A DNA stretch of 64,000 nt from Eledone cirrhosa (GCA_964016885.1 OZ024741.1:382416001-382480000), one strand, 5' to 3'. Shown: positions 13,347 to 27,138, counted from the first letter of the stretch. Notes: a model not told the origin generated them from the letters alone. A program made the numbers and translations.

Positions 13347-13350
<4 letters not shown>
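12881..13350. mobile_element. Inverted-repeat element in (TA)n with ~100 bp arms and a one-sided extension (PLE-derived or MITE)
   Basis: 12990-13088 is the reverse complement of 13255-13350; about 110 extra bp on the left only. Confidence 0.6.
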
Positions 13351-13386
<36 letters not shown>

Positions 13387-15097
13387 ATGTGTATGTGTGT
13401 GTGTGTATGTGTGTCCATGTCTGTGTGTGTGAGTGCGTGAGCGCGCGCGCGTGTGTGTTTATATATAACAATAACATTAAGAACGAAACTGCGTTTATAT
13501 AAAGCGTTTATTCATTGTAATTATTTCTATGGCTTCCCATATGCATTCAGGATGCAATAGTTACATCTGTTTTTCTGGCGGGAGCGATGTATTTAGTTGA
13601 ATTTATGTTTAATTGATATGCTGCAGGCAACACGTTTTCGTGTTCTCGGGTGTTCGACAATCTTATTAGTTCCTAAAAGTGTCCTTCTAGCTATTGTGTT
13701 TATAATTTGTGGGGCGTGATTGGTGTGTCACTTAACAATATTGTCCTTCTTAACCAACGAGATTATGAATATACATATAAGTATATCTATTGTATTGTTA
13801 CAAAATACGTTGGCCACATTGTGTTTCACTTACGTTTCATTATGAGTGAGGTTAGTAATCCATCCCGTAGTAAATGTGTAGATATTTAATTGGCAAAGCT
13901 CATTTGCCACACATTCTGTGACCTTTCCACTGATTATTCCTGCGCTTCCCTGTTTTCTCTTTGTTTTGATGTTGCTCTAATTAATCCAGCTTGTCTTTCG
14001 TGGTGTTTATGCGATCCGTATTTGCGTGCATGGCTGTGCCTCAGTGTATTTCTTTGTGTGATGCTACTTCTCTAATCTTCTGTGTTACAAATCGTAGGCA
14101 TGTTTTTATGTGTATCTGTGATGTTTGTGTGATTCTGTGTATTATCTCAATTCCACGTTTTTGTGTGTACGTGAGAGTGTGTTGGTTTTTAAATCGTCTC
14201 ACTCTCTCACTCTTTAATGGGTAGTTATAATTCTATTCCTGTATTCATTCATCGGTGAATTTATAGTTCTTCGGGAACCCATTTGCATGTGTTATGTATG
14301 ATTATATAATGATTATCACTAGGCTGTGAGATGTTTGCTATTCTAATTCTGCCTTCTAATGAGGCGATGTGTAATTTCTGTTATACGCGTGCCTGCCTTA
14401 ATCTGTATGAGGATTATGTTAGTTCAATGTCTCGATATATTTTCATCTCAATATTTTCTAGTGAGTCACCTTATTCTAGTTCGGAATGTAGGTAAAGTAG
14501 TGTCTTGTGTTCCAGCCTATGCTCCTTCATATTTTCTCCTATACATTGAGCCGTTTCCTGTGTGTATGTTGCGGTCATCCTGAATGAAGTTGTCTATTTG
14601 GTGGTTGCGCTTCCTGATGTTTATCTCTACATCCTGAGTATTATTCGGTGTGGTACAGCTTTACTACAATATAATAACATCTAATCTACATAGTGGAAGT
14701 ATCTATCCAGAGATGAAGAATTTTCTACTAAACGTTCTTTAAGTCTCTTGCCCCACTGTACCATAAAGAGATTGTCATGTCACCAGTGTGGCTGACTCAG
14801 TTGATCGCACCTTCTTCATATGAAATTAAGGTGAAACTCAACTGATCACATTCACGTTATTGCCAAAATGAGCGTCCGAAATTATAATAATGTCTGCTTT
14901 AACACACTATTCTATATTACGAATATTGCAAGACAAATTAAATGTACTAGCAGGAAAAACCACCATCCGGCTAATTTTCTGGTAGCGTGCGTAGTGTGCA
15001 TATTGATATTATACGCAAGTATATATGCATTTAGATATGATACATCAAATAAAATCGTAATTGACAATATACACAGAATATACACATATATATATAA

Positions 15098-15261
<164 letters not shown>

Positions 15262-15612
15262 GTACATTCAATCATTCAGACGTTCAATCATTTGGCAGGA
15301 AGGTATACGGTGCTGACGATAGCTAATAAGCTTGAAACTAGTACATCGTTCCTTTGTCAGTATTGAACAAAAGGGCAACGATGGTTGCTAAACACTGTAC
15401 GGCTTAATTCGGGATGATTGTTTACAAACACGCCGAGCATTATAATACTTGTTCGGTGAATCCATACCTACATATTTATATGTGTGCACGTATGTATATA
15501 TATACATACTACTGTGCGACTTTATACATATATGTATGTACGTATACATACTTATATTGAATAACAGCCGTACTCAGAGTGAGAAATGAAATTTCGTTTC
15601 ATTTTATCCGTT
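15262..15612 (+). mobile_element. Hammerhead-containing non-coding repeat (retrozyme-like family A), partial monomer
   Basis: Homologous to 50464-50775 and 53147-54390; flanked by (TA)n. Confidence 0.8.
15307..15349 (+). ncRNA. Intact minimal type I hammerhead ribozyme (family A)
   Basis: acggtg-CTGACGA-t-agct-aata-agct-t-GAAA-ctag-TA-catcgt; stem I fully paired with one GU; palindromic stem III ACTAGT; GUA cleavage triplet. Confidence 0.85.
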
Positions 15613-15715
15613 TATATATATAGCAATAATAATAAATTTGAAGACTAACATCCAAAGAGTGCTCGTAAATGTGAAGACTAAAGCAGCGATTATTTTCTTA
15701 AACTTTAATCTGTTA

Positions 15716-15721
<6 letters not shown>

Positions 15722-15786
<65 letters not shown>

Positions 15787-15792
15787 GTATAT

Positions 15793-15850
<58 letters not shown>

Positions 15851-15864
15851 GTATATATATATAT

Positions 15865-15917
<53 letters not shown>

Positions 15918-15925
15918 CATATATA
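15722..15925. repeat. (TA)n microsatellite; other long arrays at 15085-15260, 22876-22931, 29483-29562, 37047-37110, 57322-57368 and 58202-58345
   Basis: Read directly. Confidence 0.97.
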
Positions 15926-16870
15926 GAGAGTTATATTTAATTTGTTGGGATACAACTAGCAAAATATTTTTTCAGCTGATATAAAGCACTCAACAAATTA
16001 ATTGGAGTAAATATACAATATATTAACAGATGGAAACTATATTTATAAAACCATATTTATTTCATTATACATATTTCAAGGGCCACCAAGGCAGATTATG
16101 GTGCGCTTTCATCAGATAAAATATAATATAGATTATTTTTATAAATAAATATTGACATACCCTGAAAAATGCAACCTTCACGATTGGAGTCTCCCGGATA
16201 GTGGAGATATTAGATTTATTGTTGGTTTATTATGTAAATTAGTGTCGGAAACGTTTAAATAACAGTATATTTAAATTACACCGTTGGAAGAGGGAAAAAA
16301 TGAAAGAGAAAAAGAAAAAAGAAAGAGAAAGTGAAACAACGTGAGTATATTTTAGTGAGAAAGAATATTGGTTATAAGGACAGTAATAGCGTAATTATTG
16401 TTTACGTTATGAGAGAAGAAGCGAAGAATGAATAAATGAATACATCGTAGATGAATTATAGCCGGATTCATTATAATGATAGGTTGAAGAATTTTATCTA
16501 GGGTTTAATTAATTAATAAGTTATCAATTCAATCAGTAGTTTAAATGTGTATGTTAAAAACTTTTATATATATTTATATATACTATTAAAAAATATAATA
16601 TTATTACAAAACCATATATATTATTATTATTATAATAAGATATATTATTATCATCAATTATTAAAAAGTTATTAAAAAATTAGTAAAAAATTATAAAAAA
16701 ATTTTTAAAGAATTAAAAAATTGTAGGTTTAAAGTATCCGAACAATTCTAAGCCCATGGAAATTCGGAGAGTTTACAGAAGAATAATCCTTTATTTGTAT
16801 TATAATAGCAGTATAGCGTAAAGGAAAATTGTTAGTGATTTATTAATAATTCAGGTAACTCTAAGGATTA
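15926..16870 (-). mobile_element. 3' end (pLTR + tail) of a Naiad-type Penelope-like element with hammerhead at ~16059-16122
   Basis: 15930-16165 is collinear with 29570-29800; the minus strand reads CTGATGA-aagcgcacca...tggtggccctt-GAAA-tatgta-TA. Right boundary uncertain. Confidence 0.75.
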
Positions 16871-17535
16871 AAAGTATATATATATATATATATACTTCTC
16901 GTGTGTTTTGTGAATTTGTGTGTTTGTTTCAGGGAGGCACGTCTGTCGATTCACAGATTATAAAGTGATACTTCTACACATTGGAACATCTGCCTAAGCT
17001 AGTAACAATAGAAATTGATATTTTAGTGTTGTCGCAGTAACACTTTATTAACTCTTTTCGGAACAGTAAAATTATATATTACTCTTCTACATGTCAACAT
17101 ATGTAGTCTAAATGTTGACAGTGAATCGAAACAAGTAAAAAGCAAACATTTATTCATATACATAAGCATATACAAAACTTTGTTTGTGCATATGGACATG
17201 ATATGAATGATATAGACAAATATAAAGCGGATGGCATTGTCGTGAGTTATCAGGGAACTATGCCGCTATCTGTCATAAATCTGATAATTTCTAGTATATG
17301 TCTTTTAGACGACTTTATAAATGTATTAATCAGTATAATTAGACTAACCAATTGTTAGATATTGTGTAAAATGTATATCACGCCATATAGGTAGATAACA
17401 TAAACTCTATATTTGAATTTGTTTAGAATAAGTTCGTTTATGAATCATAATTTATCTGGATGACTAACGGAATTTTGAGCATTTTTTATATAGCATCTCT
17501 TTTATGCAATTTTATATATCCCATGTTTTAATTAT

Positions 17536-17738
17536 AATTGTTTCTACTTTTGGCACAAGGCCAGCAATTATTCCAGTGTTTTACTGGTACTTTATTTTAT
17601 CGACCCCGTAAGGATGAAAGGCAAAGTTAACCTCGGCGGGATTTCAACTCAGACCATAAAGGGCCGTAACTGTTTGCTGCAAAGCATGGCGTTCGATCCT
17701 CTACCGATACTGCCAATCCACCGCAATCCACCGCCATC
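17536..17738 (-). mobile_element. tRNA-derived SINE
   Basis: A-box-like TGGCAGTATCGG and B-box-like GAGTTGAAATCC on the minus strand; at least 6 homologous copies in the window; flanked by a TAATTATAAT direct repeat. Confidence 0.88.
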
Positions 17739-18301
17739 TAATTATAATATTTATTATTTGTTTTCCTTCAAAGGTGACATTAAATCGCTATATTTGAATG
17801 GAAATCTTAAACGTGTTGTAAAACATGTCAACAGAGTAGTGTCATGTGCATACACGAAAATTACTTGAACATTGTCTTACAGACATTATCAAGTTTGAAT
17901 TCTTATTAGATCGTTACAAATCTTCATACACGACACAGAGATATGAGTAACTTGCAGCATATTCTTAAGAACTAAGATATTTAACACGTTACTTGAACGT
18001 TGAACGATAGTGGATAGTGTTTTATTATAATAATGTTCGACTTATTTGAAAGTATATTCTATAAACAAAAAGATTCAGTCAATGCAATGGCGTCGTGACA
18101 GCAATGGTATCTTGTTTCTCAGAAGTGTAAGAATAGATATTTTATTTTAAAATATTTCCAAAACTATATGTAAGTCTTCATGTCAACAGATTAAAGTAGG
18201 ATACAGTTCCCTGCGAGCGTTGCTTAATACTTTCATTGTATGTCACGTAATACTTCCTATGGAAGGTTATACAAATTTGTAATGAGATTCAGGTTTGTAA
18301 T

Positions 18302-18382
18302 AATTGTTTCTACTTTAGGCACAAGGCCAGCAATTATCCAGTGTATTACTGGTACTTTATTTTATCGGTTGTATGAAAGGTA
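18302..18382 (-). mobile_element. SINE 3' fragment; a more decayed copy lies at ~18668-18795
   Basis: Matches the 3' part of 17536-17738. Confidence 0.75.
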
Positions 18383-19361
18383 ATCTATATACTTTATCCT
18401 GGGTGCTCCAGTAATTTCATATACCATATATTGCTATATATATTTATATACACTTTTGAAAAGCAAAAGAGGAAGACCAATAGTAGTGTTTATATCAATT
18501 GAATGCTAACGCTCATTCAGTTAAAATTAAAACTATATGAGAAAGAACTAAACGAACGTCTGGCACTCCTCGATCTATGTCACAGAGCTAATCACGCCGA
18601 GCTGGATGAGACACTGCAAACGATCCCGTCTGACTCGTTAACAATACCGTCAATCTCACTTTTTTAGACTGGTACATTGTTCTTCGATCCCGATAGGATA
18701 AGAAGTATTGCTGATACCAGCAAGATCTGAATTAAATCGGTTAGAGAGTCGAAAAAGACCAGGCATTTTATCCGACATTCAATGCTGCCGCTTACAACCC
18801 CGTAACAAGTTTATTATTTAATATGCGTTCTTAAATCGATTGTTTATTATGCGAAGAGGGTTATATATTTCACTCTTTGACCTGGTGGAAAGGTATGTGA
18901 ACAGGTTCTTTGCAACCCCAATAAGGCCAATAACATTTACAGGTCGAGAGCCTCTGTAGTATATTTGCAGCTAACGCCTCTTTATCTAAAGATTATAACC
19001 CACTGATTAAATATTATTTTAAATAAATTTTGAATTAAATTAAATATTCAATTAAACGCTCTGACATGTTCCTCGGCATTATATATGACATATATTTGAC
19101 AAGATATATGTGGCTTCTAAAATTCAATAACAATAAAATAATTCAAAATACATCCGAATAATCCAACCTTATATTATGGTAACAATCACTGGGTTCTTTG
19201 TAAAAAATATACACTTAGTAAGTCCCATAAGATGGCATTACAAACGAAGTGGATCATCAAATTCCGTAGCAGCAGGGAAGAAAATATATACAATCTGTCA
19301 GGAATAGATTGATCTGTTATAAGTCTAAAATAATTGATTTACAATGCAGTTTCTAGTCATT

Positions 19362-19548
19362 CGGTGGATTGGGAGTATCGGTAGAGGGTCGGACGCCATG
19401 CTTTCCAGCATAGTTACGTCCCTTTATGATCTGAGTTAAAATCCCGCCGAGGTTGACTTTGCCTTTCATCCTTACGGGGTCGATAAAATAAAGTACCAGT
19501 AATGCACTGGGTGATTGCTGGCCTTGTGCCTAAAGTAGAAACAATTAT
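19362..19548 (+). mobile_element. tRNA-derived SINE
   Basis: Reverse-complement match to 17536-17738; ends GTAGAAACAATTAT. Confidence 0.88.
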
Positions 19549-20319
19549 GTGAAAAGATATTCTATCCAATTTACATCGCTAAGCTATATTACCGCTTAAA
19601 TAAATTGCAAATTATTTGTACTTGTCAAAATGAACCGACTTTCAATATTCACCTTTATTTGATACTAGCTGAGGTACACTGCTTCACCAAGGTTAACAAA
19701 TGATAAGAGAATACCGGCAGAAGAGAAAATGTCTGTATTGAATGCATTGTCTTGTATACAGTGTGTGTGTATTGTATGTGTGCGTGTGTGCATGTTTGTG
19801 TGTGTTTGTGTATGTATATATATGTGTGGTGTGGTATGTGTGTGCCTGTGTGAGTGTGAGTGCGTGTGTGTGTGTGTGAACCACCGTTGGAATCGGAGAC
19901 ATAGGCCGCGAAACACGATCATCACTGACAACGAACTCGCAGAGAGAATCCCTTATGTTTGATTCCGAACCTGCTAGAAATAGCAGTCAGGTTGGTTAGC
20001 ATACGTGGTATGTCTTTCTTCTTCTTTGGTGAAATTATAAAATTAGTATCAATAAACTTTAGTGAATATACTCTTATGCCAATCCTTTACATACATTCCG
20101 ATTGTCACTTTTCGATTTTTTTCGTGTGATACCCGAAGGAAACAACCAACAAACATCTCTCTTTTATATCTCTTTTATTTGTTCATTCAAAATATTTCTC
20201 AGCTAATTATGTCGTACAATATACATCAGCAATCGTTATCTAATGTTTAAAACATATGAATAGCTGCGATATATGCACCATATCAATCAAATACGATATG
20301 AGAATGAATACCATACTAA

Positions 20320-21235
20320 AGCGCCAGTAAGCTGGCTAAGAATCTGCAGATAGAAATGTTAATAAATACAACATTTGGCTTGGGTAAACTTTAAGATGTT
20401 CTTTCATTGTAGGTTTCTTTCCTCAGCCAGTACGTTAAAGAAAATTGATAGTTACAACAATAAACGTTGAACAGAGAACACATTTTTTAACAAACTTTAC
20501 AATAATTTGTACAACCATAATGGAAATTACAAGTTACAGAAAATAAATAAATTACATTGTTAGAGCCTCAGGAGCAAAGATGAAGAGATTGTTTGGTGAG
20601 CTCACTCTAGAGTATCCTTGGTATTCCCAGATGAAGGCCAGCCACTTTTAGGGTTTGACGCTGAGCTTTGTTGATGGTAATCGCGAGGCTTTGTCTCTCT
20701 CTGATCTTGCGGCCAGGCTAGGACTATTTTGGGTGGCATATCGACAGTAACAATGACGATCAGCCGTCTGTGCTTTCATGAAATAAATACGTTTGTTTAT
20801 ATTTTGTTTTTGTGTATACAAAAATATCTGTACACGAATATATAATTATACATATATATATATTAAAATAACAGATTAAAGTTTAAGCAAAGAATCTCTG
20901 CTTTCACCCTTAACGGGATCTTCTGAAACTAAAGAAATCAATCTGTGAACGCAGGAGTAAATATTTCGAAAAAAATTGCAACCGAAATAAAACAGAACGA
21001 TGGCACTTTGGTTCATGAAGACGTTAGGAATGTCGTATAACCGGAAGTGTTGACATTTGAAAATGTTAAAGAAGTGAATATTTAAATAATGTCTTTAATC
21101 TTTTAACAAAATTCAGTACACAAGAATACCCTCACTTTCTTAATTGGAAAAAGTTACATCTATGGTGCAAATTCGGAGCCGCTTGGCGGACAGTTTCTTA
21201 CTTACATACGGCCGTGAGCTTTATAGTATATATTT
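20320..21235 (-). mobile_element. Helitron relic with PIF1-like helicase C-terminal fragment (~20555-20695), interrupted by a PLE-type fragment
   Basis: Minus-strand LAITINKAQRQTLK and YSRVSSPNNLFIF resemble Helitron helicase motifs V and VI; the 5' end (TATAAAGCTCACGGCCGTATG) resembles 48770. Boundaries uncertain. Confidence 0.6.
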
Positions 21236-21527
21236 TGTTATTAATCAAGTTCTAACAAAGCTTCGTCGGTTTGCCGAGTTTAGTGCTATACTGGATTTGA
21301 AATACACCTGAATCTCGATGAGAATAGTATGAATTTCATGCCTGTTCTGTGTAAGATATCTGTATAAATTGTATTTCTTATAAGAATATAAGCCCAATGA
21401 AAACTGAATAGCGTTACACTCTAGACTTCATGTTGAAAAAAACTTTGACATCGTAAATCTAGTAACAATCATGCATCAGAGTACGTTATCCAATGATTAT
21501 ATTTAATATCTCTTTTAATTTGCTTAA

Positions 21528-22273
21528 CCCTATTATTCATTTGGACGGGATGGGTTGGGCACCCTCAAGACCACGCTCGTAGCGTTTTTGCATACAATTT
21601 GAAACGAAGCAGACTTCCGTCTGAAATTTGGTGACTTTTCCTAAAATTTATCCAGCAAATGATCACAAATCTGATCTGGAAAATAATTTTGCCGTTACCT
21701 TGTAAACAGCATATATATTGATGATATTTCTTTGGTATTTCCTGTTAGGATATTTGATTGTACAGCATTTGTAACCAAAATAATATCACCAAACAATACT
21801 ACGAACCTGGTGTATATGTTTGGAGTTGCATGGAAAGAAATCCTTTTCCATGGCAAACTTGAGGTTACGAGCGTAACATGTTTTTATCCGTTGTGCAATA
21901 CGTTTGACAATGATTTGTTTTTGTTTTATTTATTTGCAAACGTAGAAAAGAAAAGGTACATGCCAACACCTACATGGAATATCTGTACCCCTGTAAAGTT
22001 TCATGGCCATCGCCTTATTGCTTCTGGAAACATTTTGAGCATTATAAATGTACTAAGGTTTAACACATCTGAGTGCAATTGAGAACGTCATCAAGAGAAT
22101 TATGATGCCAGAAGCATTTGTGCAATAAAGAGATAGTTCTCCTATCGATTGTCTATATTTGTACCAAGTTTCATCGTCATAGAATTAGTGATTCAGGAAC
22201 AAAATGAGTGAAGGTTTCCCAGAGCGCCATCCTCCGGATTACTGAACCCCTAAAATCCCCATTTTTAATAGTG
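21528..22273. mobile_element. piggyBac-like MITE
   Basis: TTAA on both sides (21524-27 and 22274-77) with short imperfect TIRs C(C/A)CTATTA; non-coding interior. Confidence 0.5.
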
Positions 22274-22872
22274 TTAAATATGACTTAATAAATTCTTGTC
22301 TGATTGTATTCCATAATATTGTCCTTTCCATGCCTGTTTCAGTTGAGAAGTATACATCCTTTTTGAGATAATTTCTCTTATCCCATTAAATATATTTCGA
22401 TCCAGCTATCTTAGCATTCATCATTGTATAGCATGAGACAATTGGGATATAATTATTTATGCTTAAAATACTCTTTAAAAATGCAATCATGCAGTCAACA
22501 AAAATGATCTATTATATTTCAACTCCAAGAGAGGATAATATATATTACACTGCCTATATATTATAGAAAAGGAGAAAAAAACACAATGTCTTTACAGTCA
22601 GAGCACAAGTAATCAAACATTAGAGCATTTCAAGCACTGAATATTATGTTAATAAAAAGCTTTCAGAAAGACGTGTTACGTTCTTGTCACATTACATGCT
22701 AAAGCATGTAATGCGCAGCCCACTCAATCTGGAGAACTTTGTATTCAAGCAACGTTTATTGAAATACATAGAGACAAATACTGGAGAATGTAATGCATAT
22801 AATCATTTGATGTAACGTTTGATTGCTAACCCTTTCGTAACATATTGAAACGAGGCTTATATATAACAAGTG

Positions 22873-22931
<59 letters not shown>

Positions 22932-22934
<3 letters not shown>

Positions 22935-23008
22935 GGTGTCCCAAAAGATGTATACATACTTTGATTAGAATGGTGTTGAAGTGTGAATACATTTGTTGGG
23001 ACAACCTG
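22932..23008. mobile_element. 77-bp mariner-type mini-MITE in (TA)n
   Basis: TA-CAGGGTGTCCCAAAAGATGTATACA ... TGAATACATTTGTTGGGACAACCTG-TA; ~30 bp imperfect TIRs. Confidence 0.8.
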
Positions 23009-23104
23009 TATATATATATATATATACATACAAACATACATACACACACACGCGTGCGCACGCACATACACACACACACACACACATACACACACACACA
23101 CACC

Positions 23105-23135
<31 letters not shown>

Positions 23136-23141
23136 TGTGTG

Positions 23142-24083
23142 CGTGTAACAGGTAAATTGGGACCATTTAAATACTCTTATTTTAATTGGTATAGCTCGGT
23201 AAGATCAAACATTGCAAATTTTATGTTTATGACAATTTATTGTGGAGTGTTTACCACTTATTTCATTTCAATGTGACCGCCATTTGCTTTCTTTACCAGT
23301 TGAATCCGTTTACAAAGTGATGCGCACGCCTTAAATATTTCTTCCTTTTTCATTTTACTAAATTCTCGTTTGATATAAGACTTCATTAAAGGCACGCAGT
23401 TTTGTGAAGTTGCGTTGGATATTGCGGATTTAAGTCTGGCAAGCTGGAGCGCCAGATATATTTAGGGACAAAAATATGCACTTCCTACTTCAAAAATTTT
23501 TCAACTCTTTTCGAAGAATGGGTCGGCGCGGAGTCCTTTACAAACATCCACGGTCTTGCATCATAATGCTTCCAAACCGAAATTCTTTCAACTCGATATG
23601 GCTTTGGAGCGGATAGTTAGGATGTTACGGTGACCTCGCGTACGATTTCGTATGGACGTTTTGCTCACAGCCCTACAAACGGTAAATTTTCTGATTTATT
23701 TTTCTTGAGCCAACTTTGCCATTGATTTTGACGGGTTCGACCAAATCGACATTTTTGGCCTGCTAAGAAGCGAAATATGAATGTTTGATCATTACGTGGA
23801 CTATGAGGATTTCTCTGAACATCCTGACTTTTTTTTGAATTGGTTGCAACTCTATAAACATTAGATTTGAGATGTTTTGTGACTGGATAAATATCCCCAG
23901 CACTTTTGCTGATGAAGAATAGTTCGTCGAATTCACTATGGTTTATTTATTTATTCACATATATAATTTGTTCAATCTGACATAATAACTACTACAGGTG
24001 ATTATTGAAGCTAGTAATATTGAAAATTGAGACTCCAACATAATCTATACTATAAGAAATATCCCCATTTACCTGCCACACTC
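23142..24083 (-). mobile_element. Tc1/mariner transposon relic
   Basis: Imperfect TIRs (CAGGTAAATTGGGA / TCCCCATTTACCTG); minus-strand transposase motifs WMFVKDSAPTH and WRSSLPDLNP. Confidence 0.82.
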
Positions 24084-25125
24084 TCTATATGTATGCATAC
24101 ATGTATATATAAATATATATATATATATATGTGTGTGTGTGTATGTGTGTGTGTATACACACACGTACAAACCTATATAGATATATAGGTTTGTACGTGT
24201 GTGTATATATATATACACACATATATATATATATATTTATATATACATGTATACATGTATATATAGGTTTGTACGTGTATAGTGGTGAAAGAGTGAAGAA
24301 TGACATGGTCGGCTGTACGAAAAGGGTCTTATTTACAGTATTAACATTGTTTCATTGATCAGGTGAGTCTAAAGGCCGCTAATCACTCGAAATTGCGTCA
24401 CTCAACCTTAATTATAGTGTGTGTCTAATATGTATGTATATATGTATATATGTGTATATATGTCGGATGATTTTGGACACCCTGCAGGACAAAATACAAA
24501 ACCTGGCAAAGGGTGGAAGAACTCATAAGAGTCAACGGCCATCCAATAATGTGTAAATATGTATATACACATGTACATATGTATGTGTATGTATATGCGC
24601 GTAGACATAGAAATAGTCGGGTTAGATACCCGATCGCTCGGCTAAACCACTGGAATGAAGGACCCCTAGCCTTTCTCATGGCATTATTCTAGGACAGGCA
24701 ACTCAGGAAACTGGGATAACTCCGACATAAAACCTACGGCTCAATAGTTACCGATGATGTTGGTCTTTTCTTCTTTTCGGCCTATAGATACTGTCGCTCA
24801 GAGAGTGGGGTGGTCTCAGTGCACAGTCTTTCTTCATTTAAAAAAAATCTTTGCGCACAGGCATTGCACGATGGAATTAATTGATAATTACTAATAATGG
24901 CATATCGTGCAATGGCCATACTCGATAACGAGGAGGCAGCCATCATCATGCATATATAGTAGTAATATTAATAAATGTGAAGACAAAAATCCAAATATAT
25001 ATGATAAAAAACATGTGTGTATCTATGTGTGCGTATGTTTACACACCGTGTAGGCGTATATATATGTATACGCACGCAAATACATATATATATACACACA
25101 CACTCATATATATGTATATAAACGG

Positions 25126-25231
<106 letters not shown>

Positions 25232-25302
25232 GTATGTATGCATAATTACGTGTATATATATATATATATGTATATGTATATGTATGTATGCATAATTACG
25301 TG

Positions 25303-25337
<35 letters not shown>

Positions 25338-25354
25338 ACTTGTGTGTGTTTTGC

Positions 25355-25424
<70 letters not shown>

Positions 25425-25533
25425 ATCTGCGTATGTGTGTATGTGTATATTTGTATATGTGTGTGTGTGTATATATATATATATACACACATATATATAC
25501 ACACATATATACACACATACACAGATACATATT

Positions 25534-25569
<36 letters not shown>

Positions 25570-26019
25570 TATGTATATATATTATGTGTGTGTGTGTGTG
25601 TATGTGTAATATCTAGAATTATGTTAGATTCTCATAGTGGCTGATGGCCAATTCTATTGTCCAAGCATAAATTAGGGGTTATAGTAAGGACTATTGAGAA
25701 TCATAGTCTGTCACTACCCCTGGGTTTCGCTCCACTGCAACTGTCTGGACGGCTAGCAGTAAACAATCGCCGTCACATATTACAGACTTGGATGGGGTGA
25801 TTGTTTTGTTGGGGTATGGGGGGACCTGCCTAGGCAAATGTCGTAGCGTGTTGGCGTAGTGGATGGTCAATTTCCTTCGGAATTGCATCTGCGCATACAG
25901 GTGGGGGTGAATTAGGACTCACAATGGAACGGACGAAGGACTCAAGAACACCTGCTTTGTCCGTTCCCTTGTCGATTAAATTTGGATTACTTCGGCAAAA
26001 TAACCGTATTATGTAAGAA

Positions 26020-26094
26020 GCTTTCTGATGATGTCACGGCACTGGGTTCACCGAAGAGTGGGGCCACTGTCGTCATTGAAATATATATCACAGT
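26020..26094 (+). ncRNA. Minimal type I hammerhead motif with long stem II, in a PLE-like 3' end (~25690-26222)
   Basis: gcttt-CTGATGA-tgtcacggca...tgtcgtcatt-GAAA-tatata-TC-acagt; followed by a tail with GAGTGCT and a TA/TG microsatellite. Confidence 0.65.
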
Positions 26095-26370
26095 ATTATC
26101 ATTAAAGGACTTTAACATCTGAAACTACTTTGCATTTTCTTATTCTAAATATACTCCATCACTCCTGTGTGGAAAAAGTACGATGAGTGCTCGAATCAAA
26201 TTGCAACAATGTTAACCTTAAGTATGTATATATGTATATACGCGTGCGTGTGTGTGTTTGTGTGTGAGAGTATGTGTGTGTGTGTGTGTGTGAGGGTATG
26301 TGTGTGTGTTTGTGTATGTATGTATATATAGGTATATGTCTGTGCATGTATGCATGTATCTGTGTATATA

Positions 26371-26455
<85 letters not shown>

Positions 26456-26492
26456 ATATGTATGTATATATGTGTATGCATATATATTTATG

Positions 26493-26532
<40 letters not shown>

Positions 26533-27138
26533 CTACCAGTGGTACCCGGCGTTGCATGGGATAAGCCATTTTGGAGCGCGGGCTGCCAAAAGACCTAATC
26601 GTGGAAAAACTGTATGCCTGGACAATATGTAAGGAAAATTAACCGAATACTCTGATGGCTGGATAATCTTTCAGATTTTCCTCGATGAAGCAGGAAAAAT
26701 GCAGGTTTTCACCTAATGCGGGCTCTAGGGGATCAAGAGAATAAATTTTTTTATGAGCATAATATGCCTTGAAATTTCGGGAAAATCGGCTAGACGTAAC
26801 GCCTCCAAAAAGCACTAAAAAGTTGAAAAAAATGAAGTTGTTCACCTAATGCCATAAAAAAGTTGGATTTTCTTGCTCACTCTATGAAGAAGAGACTGAC
26901 TAATACATAGTTACAATTTCAAGGAAATCGGTCTCATGTAACGCCTCAAAAAACCGCTAAAAATCTTTAAAAACGAGGTTTTCACCTAATGCGGGCTCTA
27001 GGAGATCAAAAAGTTGAATTGTTTCCTGTACATAACACTCCCTGAAGCATAGGTAATACACGTGTACAGTTTGAAAAAAATCGGTTGGGTACTTCTCGAG
27101 TTTTAGGGATTCTAACTCACACGCCCACACACACACCC

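Noticed and set aside
13480-14640. Possible decayed LINE on the minus strand (ERQAG-like peptide)
   Set aside because: Only one weak motif; needs BLASTX.
24500-24960. Possible RTE-type 5' UTR with an HDV-like ribozyme
   Set aside because: Could not build the nested double pseudoknot by eye and no linked ORF is present.
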